Shown in pieces: positions 16,241 through 24,756 of a stretch of DNA of 42,525 nt. This DNA is from an uncultured bacterium (GTDB taxonomy: Bacteria > Patescibacteriota > Minisyncoccia > Phycocordibacterales > DATDWN01), in NCBI GenBank assembly GCA_903861205.1, contig CAIOTC010000017.1, forward strand, positions 1-42,525, given 5' to 3'. A model generated the notes under the pieces. The model did not search any database. It was not told where the DNA came from and saw only the letters and a program-made list of their open reading frames with translations. Both the position numbers and the translations under genes were made by a program. Numbering within the stretch: the first letter of the stretch is position 1; every line of letters starts with the position of its first letter.

Positions 16241-18925
16241 CTAAGGTCGAACCTTGGAGGAGGAATCCGACACAAAACTCTCAGTCACAAACGAACCACG
16301 ACGGCCTTTTTTGACAGTAAGGATATACTCCTCGCCTTTCATATCCACTGCAATTTCCCCACCTTTGGAAATTCCCTTGCTGACAATGAGCGAGGCAATC
16401 GGCGTCAGAATTTTATTTTGGATCAATCGTCGAAGCGGGCGAGCGCCATACTGCGGATTGTAACCTTCCTTGGCCAAGTGGTCGTAAACCGCTTGCGTCA
16501 ATTCGAGTGTAATTTCTTTTTGAGCCAATCTGTCTTTCACAATATCGATTTGAATTTTGACAATTTCGGCGATAGCTTCCCTGCTCAAAATGTCAAAGAC
16601 GATGATGTCGTCGAGACGGTTCAGAAATTCCGGTCGGAAGTGATCTTTCAGCGCTTCCATCACTTTTGTTTTGGCATCTTCGTAACCGGCCTTTTCATTT
16701 TTGTCGACGGCGAAACCGATTTTTTGCATTTTGTCGATGTACTGCGAGCCGATGTTCGACGTCAAAATGATAACCGTGTTGCGGAAATTGGCCACGCGGC
16801 CTTTCGCGTCCGTCAATCGTCCGTTGTCGAGAACTTGAAGCAAAATGTTGAAAACTTCCGGATGAGCTTTTTCGATTTCGTCGAAAAGAATAACCGAGTA
16901 TGGGCGATGTCGAACAAGCTCCGTCAAATTTCCACCCTCCTCGTAACCGACATAGCCAGCCGGCGCGCCGATCAGTTTCGAGACGGAATGTTTTTCCATG
17001 TATTCGGACATGTCAATTCTGATGAGTGCTTTGTCATCGTCGAACATGAATTGCGCCAGCGCTTTGGTCAGCTCTGTTTTTCCCACGCCAGTCGGACCGA
17101 GGAAAAGGAACGAACCGATCGGACGATTCGGATCGGCCACCCCAGCACGCGAACGTTTAACCGTGTCGGAAATTTTTATGACAGCTTCTTTTTGGCCGAC
17201 AATGCGCTTTTCCAAAACATCTTCCATGCGTGAAAGTTTATCCGCTTCCTCCTCGAGCATTCGCGAGACTGGAATTCCCGTCCATTTTGAAACAATCGAA
17301 GCGATATCGTTTTCGGTCACTTCCTCCTTCAAAATTCTGCGCGAACTTTGCAATTTTTTCAATTTTTTCGATTTTGAATCCAAATCTTTTTCATAAGCGG
17401 GGATTGTGCCATAGCGAATCTCGGCCGCCTTTGACAAATCCACCCGCCCTTCGGCAACATCGGCTTCCCGACGCGCTTCCTCGAGTTGCTTCTTTAAATT
17501 TTTGATGTCGCTGACCGTTTCCTTTTCATTATTCCACTTCAATTCCAACTCGCCTGTTTTTTCTTTCAAATCGGCAATTTCTTTTTCGATTTCTTTGACA
17601 CGAGACTTGGATTTTGAATCGGTTTCTTTTTTGAGTGCCTCGCGTTCGATTTCAAGCTTAACCACTTTCGAATGCGTCTCCTGCAAAATCGGTGGCATAT
17701 TTTCTAGCGCAATTTTCAGATGCGAAGCCGACTCGTCGATCAGGTCGACCGCTTTGTCCGGCAAAAATCTGTCGGCGATATAACGACTTGAAAGGTTGAC
17801 CGCGGACACAATGGCTTCATCGGTGATGCGCACACCGTGGTAGAGCTCATACTTTTCTTTCAGTCCGCGCATAATGGTGATGGCATCGTCGATCGACGGC
17901 TCGTTGACGTAAACAGGCTGAAAGCGACGAGTCAGCGCCGGATCCTTTTCGATATATTTTTGATATTCCTTGAGTGTTGTCGCGCCAATCGCCCGCAGTT
18001 CTCCGCGCGCCAGTGCCGGTTTGAGCATGTTCGAAGCGTCGAGCGAACCCTCCGCTGCGCCGGCTCCGACAATGGTGTGAATTTCATCGACGAACAAAAT
18101 TATTTTGCCGTCGGAACGTTCGATTTCTTTCAAAATATTTTTCAGACGTTCCTCGAACTCCCCGCGATATTTCGTGCCGGCCACCAAAAGTCCGAGGTCA
18201 AGCGAAACGAGTTCCTTGTCTTTGAGCGATTCCGGCACGTCGTGGGTGGACATGCGGATGGCCAAACCCTCGACGATGGCGGTTTTGCCGACACCAGCCT
18301 CACCGATCAGAATCGGATTATTTTTCGTTCGACGAGAAAGAATCTGAATGATGCGCGAAATTTCACTGTCGCGTCCGATGACCGGATCGAGTTTATTCTG
18401 GTGAGCCAAGTGCGTCAGATTGCGAGTGTACTTGGAAAGCGCTTTAAACTTTTTTGGCGCTTCCTGCTCAACACTTTTCGTGCTCTTTATTTCCCCCAAA
18501 CAACGCAAAACAGTTTCCTTGTCGATTTTGAATTTCATCAAAAGGTCGTGCGCCGGGGAAGGCGTTTCGATGGTGGCGATGAAAAGATGTTCCACTCCGA
18601 CAAACTCGTCGCGCATGTCGGAAGCTACTTTTCCGGAAGCTTCGATGACTTGGGCCAGCTCGGGCGTCAAATAAATCTGATACGAAGCAGAAAGTGTTTG
18701 GCCTGTTTCGGTGCCTTCGATGGTGTCGAGAAGCGAATCGGTCAGAAGTATAGTGTCCACCTCGAGACGATCGAGAATCGACGGGACGATCGATTCTTCC
18801 TGCAAAATAAGCGCGGTCAAAAGGTGGAGCGGGCTGACATGATTTTGACCGCGTTCAATAGCCAGCTCGTGAGCTTTGCGAATGGATTCTTTGGCTTTTG
18901 TTGTAAATTTTCCAAATGGAGGCAT
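16241..18925 (-). CDS. clpB: ATP-dependent chaperone ClpB
   Basis: A Clp N domain, two AAA+ modules ([16 protein letters not shown]) and a long coiled-coil middle domain are present. The size is 894 aa. Confidence 0.95.
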   Translation of the reverse strand: MPPFGKFTTKAKESIRKAHELAIERGQNHVSPLHLLTALILQEESIVPSILDRLEVDTILLTDSLLDTIEGTETGQTLSASYQIYLTPELAQVIEASGKVASDMRDEFVGVEHLFIATIETPSPAHDLLMKFKIDKETVLRCLGEIKSTKSVEQEAPKKFKALSKYTRNLTHLAHQNKLDPVIGRDSEISRIIQILSRRTKNNPILIGEAGVGKTAIVEGLAIRMSTHDVPESLKDKELVSLDLGLLVAGTKYRGEFEERLKNILKEIERSDGKIILFVDEIHTIVGAGAAEGSLDASNMLKPALARGELRAIGATTLKEYQKYIEKDPALTRRFQPVYVNEPSIDDAITIMRGLKEKYELYHGVRITDEAIVSAVNLSSRYIADRFLPDKAVDLIDESASHLKIALENMPPILQETHSKVVKLEIEREALKKETDSKSKSRVKEIEKEIADLKEKTGELELKWNNEKETVSDIKNLKKQLEEARREADVAEGRVDLSKAAEIRYGTIPAYEKDLDSKSKKLKKLQSSRRILKEEVTENDIASIVSKWTGIPVSRMLEEEADKLSRMEDVLEKRIVGQKEAVIKISDTVKRSRAGVADPNRPIGSFLFLGPTGVGKTELTKALAQFMFDDDKALIRIDMSEYMEKHSVSKLIGAPAGYVGYEEGGNLTELVRHRPYSVILFDEIEKAHPEVFNILLQVLDNGRLTDAKGRVANFRNTVIILTSNIGSQYIDKMQKIGFAVDKNEKAGYEDAKTKVMEALKDHFRPEFLNRLDDIIVFDILSREAIAEIVKIQIDIVKDRLAQKEITLELTQAVYDHLAKEGYNPQYGARPLRRLIQNKILTPIASLIVSKGISKGGEIAVDMKGEEYILTVKKGRRGSFVTESFVSDSSSKVRP

Positions 18926-18990
18926 TGTGATTAGAATTATGAATCAAGATGCATGAATAATGAATAAAATGCGGAAATCTTGATAAGCAT

Positions 18991-19019
18991 ATTATATATC
19001 AAGTGGCCGATTCAGTCAA
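18991..19019 (-). promoter_or_regulatory. Near-consensus sigma70 promoter for clpB (TTGACT-17-TATAAT on the minus strand), overlapped by inverted repeat CTTGATA-N11-TATCAAG (18979-19003)
   Basis: The hexamers and 17-nt spacer were counted directly. The -10 box sits inside the spacer of the inverted repeat. Confidence 0.65.
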
Positions 19020-19113
19020 TTTGCTTCTTTTTTCTCGCCGTTCAGATTAACCCTTATTTTTAGCCATTTTTTAGCGAAGTAAAAAAGAATTTTGACTTTT
19101 CCTCCAAAATCGC

Positions 19114-19142
19114 TTGACAAAAAAATGAGAGTATGCTAACCT
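19114..19142 (+). promoter_or_regulatory. Candidate promoter TTGACA-17-(TGc)TAACCT driving the structured RNA upstream of rnr
   Basis: It has a perfect -35 box, a 17-nt spacer and an extended -10 TG. Confidence 0.5.
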
Positions 19143-19148
19143 TATATC

Positions 19149-19383
19149 AGAACATCGCGAGCAGGAGAAATCCTGAATATGGCGTTTGCCTCTCTCGCGT
19201 GACTACGGAAAGTGAAATTCTTTCTGGGCTGGCGACAGCTCACAGTCGCAAGTCATTTGAGACCTGCGTAAGCAGACTCAATTATTTCCACAATCCGGGA
19301 GGCCAAAAGGCTAGAGGGTAAAGTGAGAAACCCTGACACAACTCCCCACCCAAGCCCGTGCCATTAAAAGTGCGGGCTTTTTT
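19149..19383 (+). ncRNA. Candidate structured RNA of about 235 nt (either an independent sRNA or the rnr 5' leader); class unknown
   Basis: It is bounded by the promoter above and by the terminator gcccgugc-cauuaaaa-gugcgggc-UUUUUU. That stem has two G.U pairs that exist only on the + strand. Internal hairpins are cgcgag...ctcgcg, gcgac-agctcaca-gtcgc, ctgc-gtaa-gcag and agggt...accct. Confidence 0.45.
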
Positions 19384-19430
19384 CATTTCAAATTACTAAA
19401 TTATGAAATCTGTGATATAATTGAGAATGT

Positions 19431-21443
19431 ATGAATAAGAAAACACTTACGGGACCGATATCAATCAATTCCAAGGGAATTGGTTTTTTTGATTTGCCGG
19501 ACAAAAAAGAGGAATCGCTGGAAATTCAGCCTGAGAATTTGGCGCGGGCTTTTCACGGAGATGTCGTTGAAGTCCAAAAGCTTGGTGGTCCTAAACCGAG
19601 AAAAAGTCTTGGTCGGGCGAGAGAAGTCAAAGAGCAAGCCAAAGTGGTCAGAATAATTTCTCGCGCCAAAACTCAATTCGTCGGCATAATCCAAAAAACA
19701 GACGACAAATCATTTTTGATTCCGGATGATAAAAGAATGTACGTGGATATTTTTATTGACCCAAAATCTTTAGCAAGGACAGTCCTTGCTAAAACTGAAA
19801 ACCAGAAAATTCTTGTAGAAATCACCGACTGGCCGGAAACGGAGAAAAATCCGCGCGGAAAAGTTGTTAAAGTCATCGGTACAGCCGGCGAAAACAACAC
19901 CGAGATGGAATCAATCGTTTTGGAAAAAGGTTTCCGAGTCGACTTCCCTGCCGAAGTTTTGGCCGAGGCGGAAAAAATTAAAAATGAATACAAAAGTCAT
20001 TTTGCCGAGGAAGTGAAAAATCGCCGCGACATGCGCGAAACTTTAACCATGACTATCGATCCTGCCGACGCCAAAGATTTTGACGATGCCATTTCTTTTA
20101 AAGAACTTTCCGACGGAACTTTTGAAATCGGCGTGCATATTGCCGACGTGTCATATTTCGTCACGCCCGGCACAGTGCTTGATCGCGAGGCGGAAAAACG
20201 AGGACTGTCAGTTTATCTCGTCGATCGAACTATTCCGATGTTGCCGGAAGTTTTAAGTAATGACCTTTGTTCTCTCAATCCAAACGAGGACAAGTTCACT
20301 TTTTCGGCCGTTTTCAAAATCGACAAAAATGCCAAGATTTTAGACAAATGGTTTGGCCGAACTGTCATTCACAGCGACAAAAGATTTTCATACGAAGACG
20401 CTCAGAAAGTTTTGGACAATGCGAGCTCACCTGGTGTCAACGGCGAAGCAACGTGGTCACCGGGTGTGGGCGCATTGTCCAAACTAAACAACCTCGCAAA
20501 AATTCTGGAGAAGCAAAAATTTGGCGCAGGCGCAATTAATTTTGAAACAGACGAAGTTAAATTCGTTTTGGACGCGGCCGGCAAACCTCTTTCAGTTTAC
20601 AGAAAAACTCGCCTGGACACGCACAAGCTTGTCGAGGAATATATGCTCCTGGCCAATCGCGCGGTCGCCGAACATATTTTCCATTCTCAAAATAACGAGT
20701 CCTTAGCAAGAACTGTTCTTGCTAAAAAACAAAGTGTTTACAGAATTCACGGCAAACCTGATCCGGAACGCATCGAAGCATTGGCGTTTTTTTTGAAAGC
20801 GCTTGGTTTTGATTTGCGAAACGAAAAAGGTTCTGTCACCTCGCGCGACATCAACAAACTGCTCAAGCAGGTGGAAGGCACACCGAACGAAGAACTGATC
20901 AAAACCGCCACCATTCGCAGTATGGCCAAAGCCGTTTACTCGACCAAAAATATCGGGCACTTCGGTCTGGCTTTCAGATTTTACACGCACTTCACCTCGC
21001 CTATTCGCCGATATCCCGATTTGCTGGTGCACAGATTTTTGGAACGCGAAATCGATGGCGGAAAAATTGCTCCAAATGAATACGAGAAATTTGAAAAGTC
21101 ATGCTTGGCACTCTCCGAACTGGAAAAGAAAGCCAGCGACGCAGAAAGAGCCAGCATCAAATACAAGCAGGTTGAATACATGCAATCGCATGTCGGCGAA
21201 ACTTTCCAAGGCACTATCACCGGCGTAACCGACTGGGGAATTTACATCGAGGAAAAAATTACCAAATGCGAAGGCATGGCAAAACTACGCGACCTGAATG
21301 ACGACTATTATGTCCTCGACGAAAAAAATTACACAATCCGCGGCCAGCGCACCGGCAAAAAATACACACTTGGTGATTCTGTCACATTCAAAGTTGTGGC
21401 GGCAGACATGGAGAAAAGAGTTTTGGATTACCAGATTTTGTAA
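19431..21443 (+). CDS. rnr: Ribonuclease R (RNB family 3'-5' exoribonuclease)
   Basis: The RNB core (TIDPADAKDFDDAIS, VYLVDRTIPMLP, FTSPIRRYPDLLVHR) and a C-terminal S1 domain are present. The size is 670 aa. Confidence 0.9.
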   Translation: MNKKTLTGPISINSKGIGFFDLPDKKEESLEIQPENLARAFHGDVVEVQKLGGPKPRKSLGRAREVKEQAKVVRIISRAKTQFVGIIQKTDDKSFLIPDDKRMYVDIFIDPKSLARTVLAKTENQKILVEITDWPETEKNPRGKVVKVIGTAGENNTEMESIVLEKGFRVDFPAEVLAEAEKIKNEYKSHFAEEVKNRRDMRETLTMTIDPADAKDFDDAISFKELSDGTFEIGVHIADVSYFVTPGTVLDREAEKRGLSVYLVDRTIPMLPEVLSNDLCSLNPNEDKFTFSAVFKIDKNAKILDKWFGRTVIHSDKRFSYEDAQKVLDNASSPGVNGEATWSPGVGALSKLNNLAKILEKQKFGAGAINFETDEVKFVLDAAGKPLSVYRKTRLDTHKLVEEYMLLANRAVAEHIFHSQNNESLARTVLAKKQSVYRIHGKPDPERIEALAFFLKALGFDLRNEKGSVTSRDINKLLKQVEGTPNEELIKTATIRSMAKAVYSTKNIGHFGLAFRFYTHFTSPIRRYPDLLVHRFLEREIDGGKIAPNEYEKFEKSCLALSELEKKASDAERASIKYKQVEYMQSHVGETFQGTITGVTDWGIYIEEKITKCEGMAKLRDLNDDYYVLDEKNYTIRGQRTGKKYTLGDSVTFKVVAADMEKRVLDYQIL

Positions 21444-21467
21444 AAAACTGAAATTTTTGGAATATAA

Positions 21468-21508
21468 AATCCTCCGGCTTCGCCACCTCCTTTAAGAAAG
21501 GAGGAATT
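21468..21508 (+). repeat. 42-nt two-hairpin unit (family U), forward orientation
   Basis: The unit reads aatcctcc-ggcttcgcc-a-cctccttt-aag-aaaggagg-aatt. Confidence 0.8.
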
Positions 21509-21516
21509 GATGCATT

Positions 21517-21946
21517 AATCTCCCTTTTTTAAAGGGAGTGGCCGAAGGCCGAGGGATTTTTAGTGCATTCCACAATTTTTCTTACACAACTCTCTAAATT
21601 AGTTTTTATATCAATATCTCTGAATCTAATTATTTTGACTCCAGCATTCTTTAAAATCTCATCTCTCACCTCATCATTTTCTATTTTTGCATCATGACTA
21701 ATGCCGTCAATTTCAATTGCAAGATTTAATTTTGAACAATAAAAATCAACTATGTAGTTGTTGATAGGTCTCTGTCTCAAAAATTGGCAACCTAATTTTT
21801 TATCTTTTATTTCTTTCCATAGCAATACTTCAGATAATGTTGATTCGTTCCGTAACTTTTTGGAAAATTTTTTTAGATTTTTATTGTAAATGAGTTTCAT
21901 AAAATCCCTCCCCGCTTCGCGGTACTCCCTTTAAGAAAGGGAGATT
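21517..21946 (-). mobile_element. Candidate compact element: a DUF559 endonuclease gene bounded by inverted family-U units (21517-21558 and 21903-21946)
   Basis: The left end is aatctcccttttttaaagggagtggccgaaggccgagggatt. The reverse complement of the right end is aatctccctttcttaaagggagtaccgcgaagcggggagggatt. The unit pair at 29077-29172 shows the same two-end arrangement with only 12 nt between the ends. Confidence 0.5.
21529..21900 (-). CDS. DUF559 / Vsr-like (PD-(D/E)xK) endonuclease domain protein
   Basis: LLWKEIKDKKLGCQFLRQRPINNYIVDFYCSKLNLAIEIDGISHD...IIRF is the DUF559 pattern. The last 9 codons (NPSAFGHSL*) are encoded by the flanking repeat unit. Confidence 0.8.
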   Translation of the reverse strand: MKLIYNKNLKKFSKKLRNESTLSEVLLWKEIKDKKLGCQFLRQRPINNYIVDFYCSKLNLAIEIDGISHDAKIENDEVRDEILKNAGVKIIRFRDIDIKTNLESCVRKIVECTKNPSAFGHSL

Positions 21947-21956
21947 TGAATGCGGG

Positions 21957-24254
21957 TTATTTCGCCACGGCAACGGCTTGATCAAATGCGACCGAGAGAA
22001 GTTTCGAGCCACCACCGAGACCCATGGTTACGCCGTACAAAATCCCCGCACGGGACATTGTTTCGCGGTTGTGGGTAATGACAATGAGTTGCGAACGTTT
22101 GGAAAGATTTTCCACCATATCGCCATACTTTTTGGAATTGGCTTCGTCGAGAGCGGCGTCTGTTTCGTCTAGAATAATAAACGGCGGAGGATTGACTTGA
22201 GAGATGGCAAAAAGCAAAGCGATGGAAGTCAGTGCCCTCTCCCCGCCGGAAAGCATCATCAAACCTTTCACTTTCTTTTTCGGTAACACAACATCGATAT
22301 CAATCCCATCCTCACTTTCCGCTCCGGTTTCTTCAATGGCAAGGGCAGCCCTTGCCATTTCATCACCGTCTTCATTTTCAAATAGGTCATCAATTTCTTT
22401 TTTCTTGCGTTTTGGCGCGGAAATAACGGACAAGCTGGCCTCACCACCACCGAACATCAGAGCAAAATATTCTTTGAACTGCTGGTTGATTTTTTCCACG
22501 CCGGTTTTGAATTCGTTGGAAAGTCGTTCATCCAAATCTTTTATGAGATCTGTCAGCGAATCGGCCGAACCGGAAAGGTCAGTCAGCTCTTTTGCCAGAA
22601 ACTCATCTCGCTCCGAGGCATCAGTGTATTCTTTCATTACATCGGCCCCACCGATTCCGCCGGCATCTTCCAAACGAATTTTTATTTTTTCGATTGTTCG
22701 TCTGCGTTCTTCCTGATTTGCGCGTGGTTCGTCAAAATCAAAAACAAGCGACTCAAATTGCAAAACAGCCGTGCCAAGCATCATTCCAAGCTCTGTTAAT
22801 TCCCTATTGAAATCCTCTTTGACTATTCGCAAAGTTTCCTCCTCCGACTGCAAGCTGTGAATTTGCGATCTGACTTCCTGCTCCTCCGCCATGATTCTGA
22901 AAACCGCTTTTTCGGCGTCGCGATTGGTATCTTTTTCCGTGTTTATTTTTTCCTGTAAAGCCGAATACTCGCGGGACAATTTCGCTTCGTTTGCAATAAC
23001 ATCACCCGCTTCACTGGCAGCAATTTCCTTTTTTCTCCTCAAATCCGCCAAATCTTTTTGGGCTTCAACCAAAAGCGACGTATCCACCTTGTCTTTATTA
23101 CTTTCAATAAAATCTGACAAAAGTTTTCCAATTTCATCAATTTTCCTTATCAAAATATCCACTTTCTCCTGGTCCCAGGTGTCACCTGGGACCAGTTTTT
23201 TGGAATCGGAAATTATTTGTTCTATTTCTTTTTGAACAACTTCGACAGAAACAAGCGTGACTGTTTTGTGCAAATATGAGTTGGCCAGTTCCTCCTGCTT
23301 TTTTATCATTCGGGCCAAGGAGGTTATCTCACCGTCCAGTTCGCCGGACTGACGTAAAAGCTCGTCTTTCTTTTTTCGCGTTTCGTGAAGTTCCCTCTCG
23401 AGTGAAATCAGTTCGTCCGACATGACATCGCGATGTTGTGCGCCTTCCAAAATTTTCTTGGCTTCGGAGAGTTCCTCTTGCAACTTTTTTTCCTGTTTTT
23501 CCAGCGGATGTTTTTTGCCGGAAATATTTTTCTCAATGCGCTTTATATATTCGTCCTCGCGTTTGCAATACTCCAGCGCTTTATCCTGCAAATCTTTTTT
23601 CATTTCAAGCGTCTTCTCCACTTTTTCCACCTGCTTTTTGAGGAATTTGATATGCGGCAAAATTTCTCGTCGAAGAGATTCCACTTGTGCAATATTTTCA
23701 CGAGTTTTCAAAAGTTTTTTCTCACTTTCCTGTTTTTTGTATTGATAAAGTTTCAAACCGAGCGCATCCTCAATCATGGCTTTGCGTTCTTTGATGCTGG
23801 CATTCAAAATTCTGTCCGCTTCGCCCTGCGAAATAATGTGATGTCCGGACGAACCGATATGCGCCGAATGCAAAAGTTCCAACACATCTCGCAAACAAAC
23901 TTGCGAACCGTTGATGGAATACTCGTTGACACCGTCGCGATGCACAACACGTTCAATGATCACCTCCTCGAAATCCACAGGTAGAAATTTGGATTTGTTG
24001 TCGAAAATTATTTTGACGCTTGCCCGATTCGCTCTAGGCAAATCCCCCGCGCCGTTAAAAATCAAATCTTCGCCTTTTTTGCCACGCAGGGATTTGATCG
24101 ACTGCTCGCCAAGAACAAAAGAAAACGCCTCGGCCACATTGGACTTGCCCGAACCATTCGGCCCAACCACCGCAGTAACATTCGAAGTGAAAAGTAATTC
24201 GCTCTTTTTGGCGAAACTTTTGAATCCGGTGAGTTCAATAGATTTCAGATACAT
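21957..24254 (-). CDS. smc: SMC-family chromosome segregation ATPase, short form (765 aa)
   Basis: The Walker A head (VVGPNGSGKSN), long coiled coil, signature motif LSGGERALT and Walker B FIILDETDAALD are present. I could not recognise a canonical hinge. Confidence 0.8.
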   Translation of the reverse strand: MYLKSIELTGFKSFAKKSELLFTSNVTAVVGPNGSGKSNVAEAFSFVLGEQSIKSLRGKKGEDLIFNGAGDLPRANRASVKIIFDNKSKFLPVDFEEVIIERVVHRDGVNEYSINGSQVCLRDVLELLHSAHIGSSGHHIISQGEADRILNASIKERKAMIEDALGLKLYQYKKQESEKKLLKTRENIAQVESLRREILPHIKFLKKQVEKVEKTLEMKKDLQDKALEYCKREDEYIKRIEKNISGKKHPLEKQEKKLQEELSEAKKILEGAQHRDVMSDELISLERELHETRKKKDELLRQSGELDGEITSLARMIKKQEELANSYLHKTVTLVSVEVVQKEIEQIISDSKKLVPGDTWDQEKVDILIRKIDEIGKLLSDFIESNKDKVDTSLLVEAQKDLADLRRKKEIAASEAGDVIANEAKLSREYSALQEKINTEKDTNRDAEKAVFRIMAEEQEVRSQIHSLQSEEETLRIVKEDFNRELTELGMMLGTAVLQFESLVFDFDEPRANQEERRRTIEKIKIRLEDAGGIGGADVMKEYTDASERDEFLAKELTDLSGSADSLTDLIKDLDERLSNEFKTGVEKINQQFKEYFALMFGGGEASLSVISAPKRKKKEIDDLFENEDGDEMARAALAIEETGAESEDGIDIDVVLPKKKVKGLMMLSGGERALTSIALLFAISQVNPPPFIILDETDAALDEANSKKYGDMVENLSKRSQLIVITHNRETMSRAGILYGVTMGLGGGSKLLSVAFDQAVAVAK

Positions 24255-24325
24255 TATTAATATTGTATCAGAAAAACTTGCTTAAAATCAAAAAGTGAGT
24301 AGGATGAATTGTGGAGGAAAGAACA

Positions 24326-24556
24326 ATGCAACGACGAATAAAATTGAGTATATATTTACCACAGGATATTCATACGCAACTTAAAATTATGGCCGTGCAA
24401 AATGCCACTTCCATACAAAACTTAGCATGTGCCCAACTGACATCATACGTATCTTTTCCACCAGTTCCAGTACACAATGTTAATGATGACCACGTTGATA
24501 AATTGGACGAAATACTAAAAGAAGCAATCAAAATTTTAGGCACAATGAAGAAATAG
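24326..24556 (+). CDS. Small ribbon-helix-helix (CopG/Arc-like) protein, 76 aa. Start moved to the ATG after the RBS GGAGGA.
   Basis: RIKLSIYLPQDIHTQLKIMAVQNATSIQNLACAQL fits a strand-helix-helix pattern. A terminator hairpin follows at 24557-24585. Confidence 0.5.
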   Translation: MQRRIKLSIYLPQDIHTQLKIMAVQNATSIQNLACAQLTSYVSFPPVPVHNVNDDHVDKLDEILKEAIKILGTMKK

Positions 24557-24585
24557 GGACCTGCACATGCAGGCCTTCTTTTTTA
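24557..24585 (+). terminator. Intrinsic terminator after the RHH gene
   Basis: The stem is ggacctgca-ca-tgcaggcc followed by ttctttttt. Confidence 0.6.
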
Positions 24586-24609
24586 TTTTAAAACCAAAAT
24601 CCATAAGTA

Positions 24610-24744
24610 GGCAACAAAATTTCGTCGAGACAATACTTTTTGGGCGCATTGCGGAGTGCGTGAAGACACGAGCAGGAAGAAATTTTCCAGCAGGAAAATA
24701 TTCTGGCGACCAAAAAGTGTTGGCTCGTAAAAAATTTTGTTGCC
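24610..24744. repeat. Family L element copy 4 (short form, opposite orientation to copies 3 and 7)
   Basis: The sequence ggcaacaaaatttcgtcgag ... ctcgtaaaaaattttgttgcc has a reverse complement that aligns along its whole length with 8788-8910. Confidence 0.85.
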
Positions 24745-24756
24745 ACCAAAACCAAA

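Noticed and set aside
16418-18934. Long antisense ORFs inside clpB (16418-17233, 17837-18934). Similar ones lie inside dnaE (30696-31820), ftsA (34749-35665), ftsZ (37055-37783) and topA (5729-6301).
   Set aside because: They lie fully opposite well-supported conserved genes and have odd, low-complexity or Arg/Ser/Phe-rich compositions with no RBS. They are typical shadow ORFs.
19149-19383. Assigning the structured RNA upstream of rnr (or the one at 12774-12896) to RNase P, SRP/4.5S, 6S or tmRNA.
   Set aside because: The conserved cores I remember are absent or only partially matched. These are GGAAAGUCCGG/ACAGAA for RNase P, GGAA-tetraloop/AGCA helix 8 for SRP, and tRNA-like ends for tmRNA.
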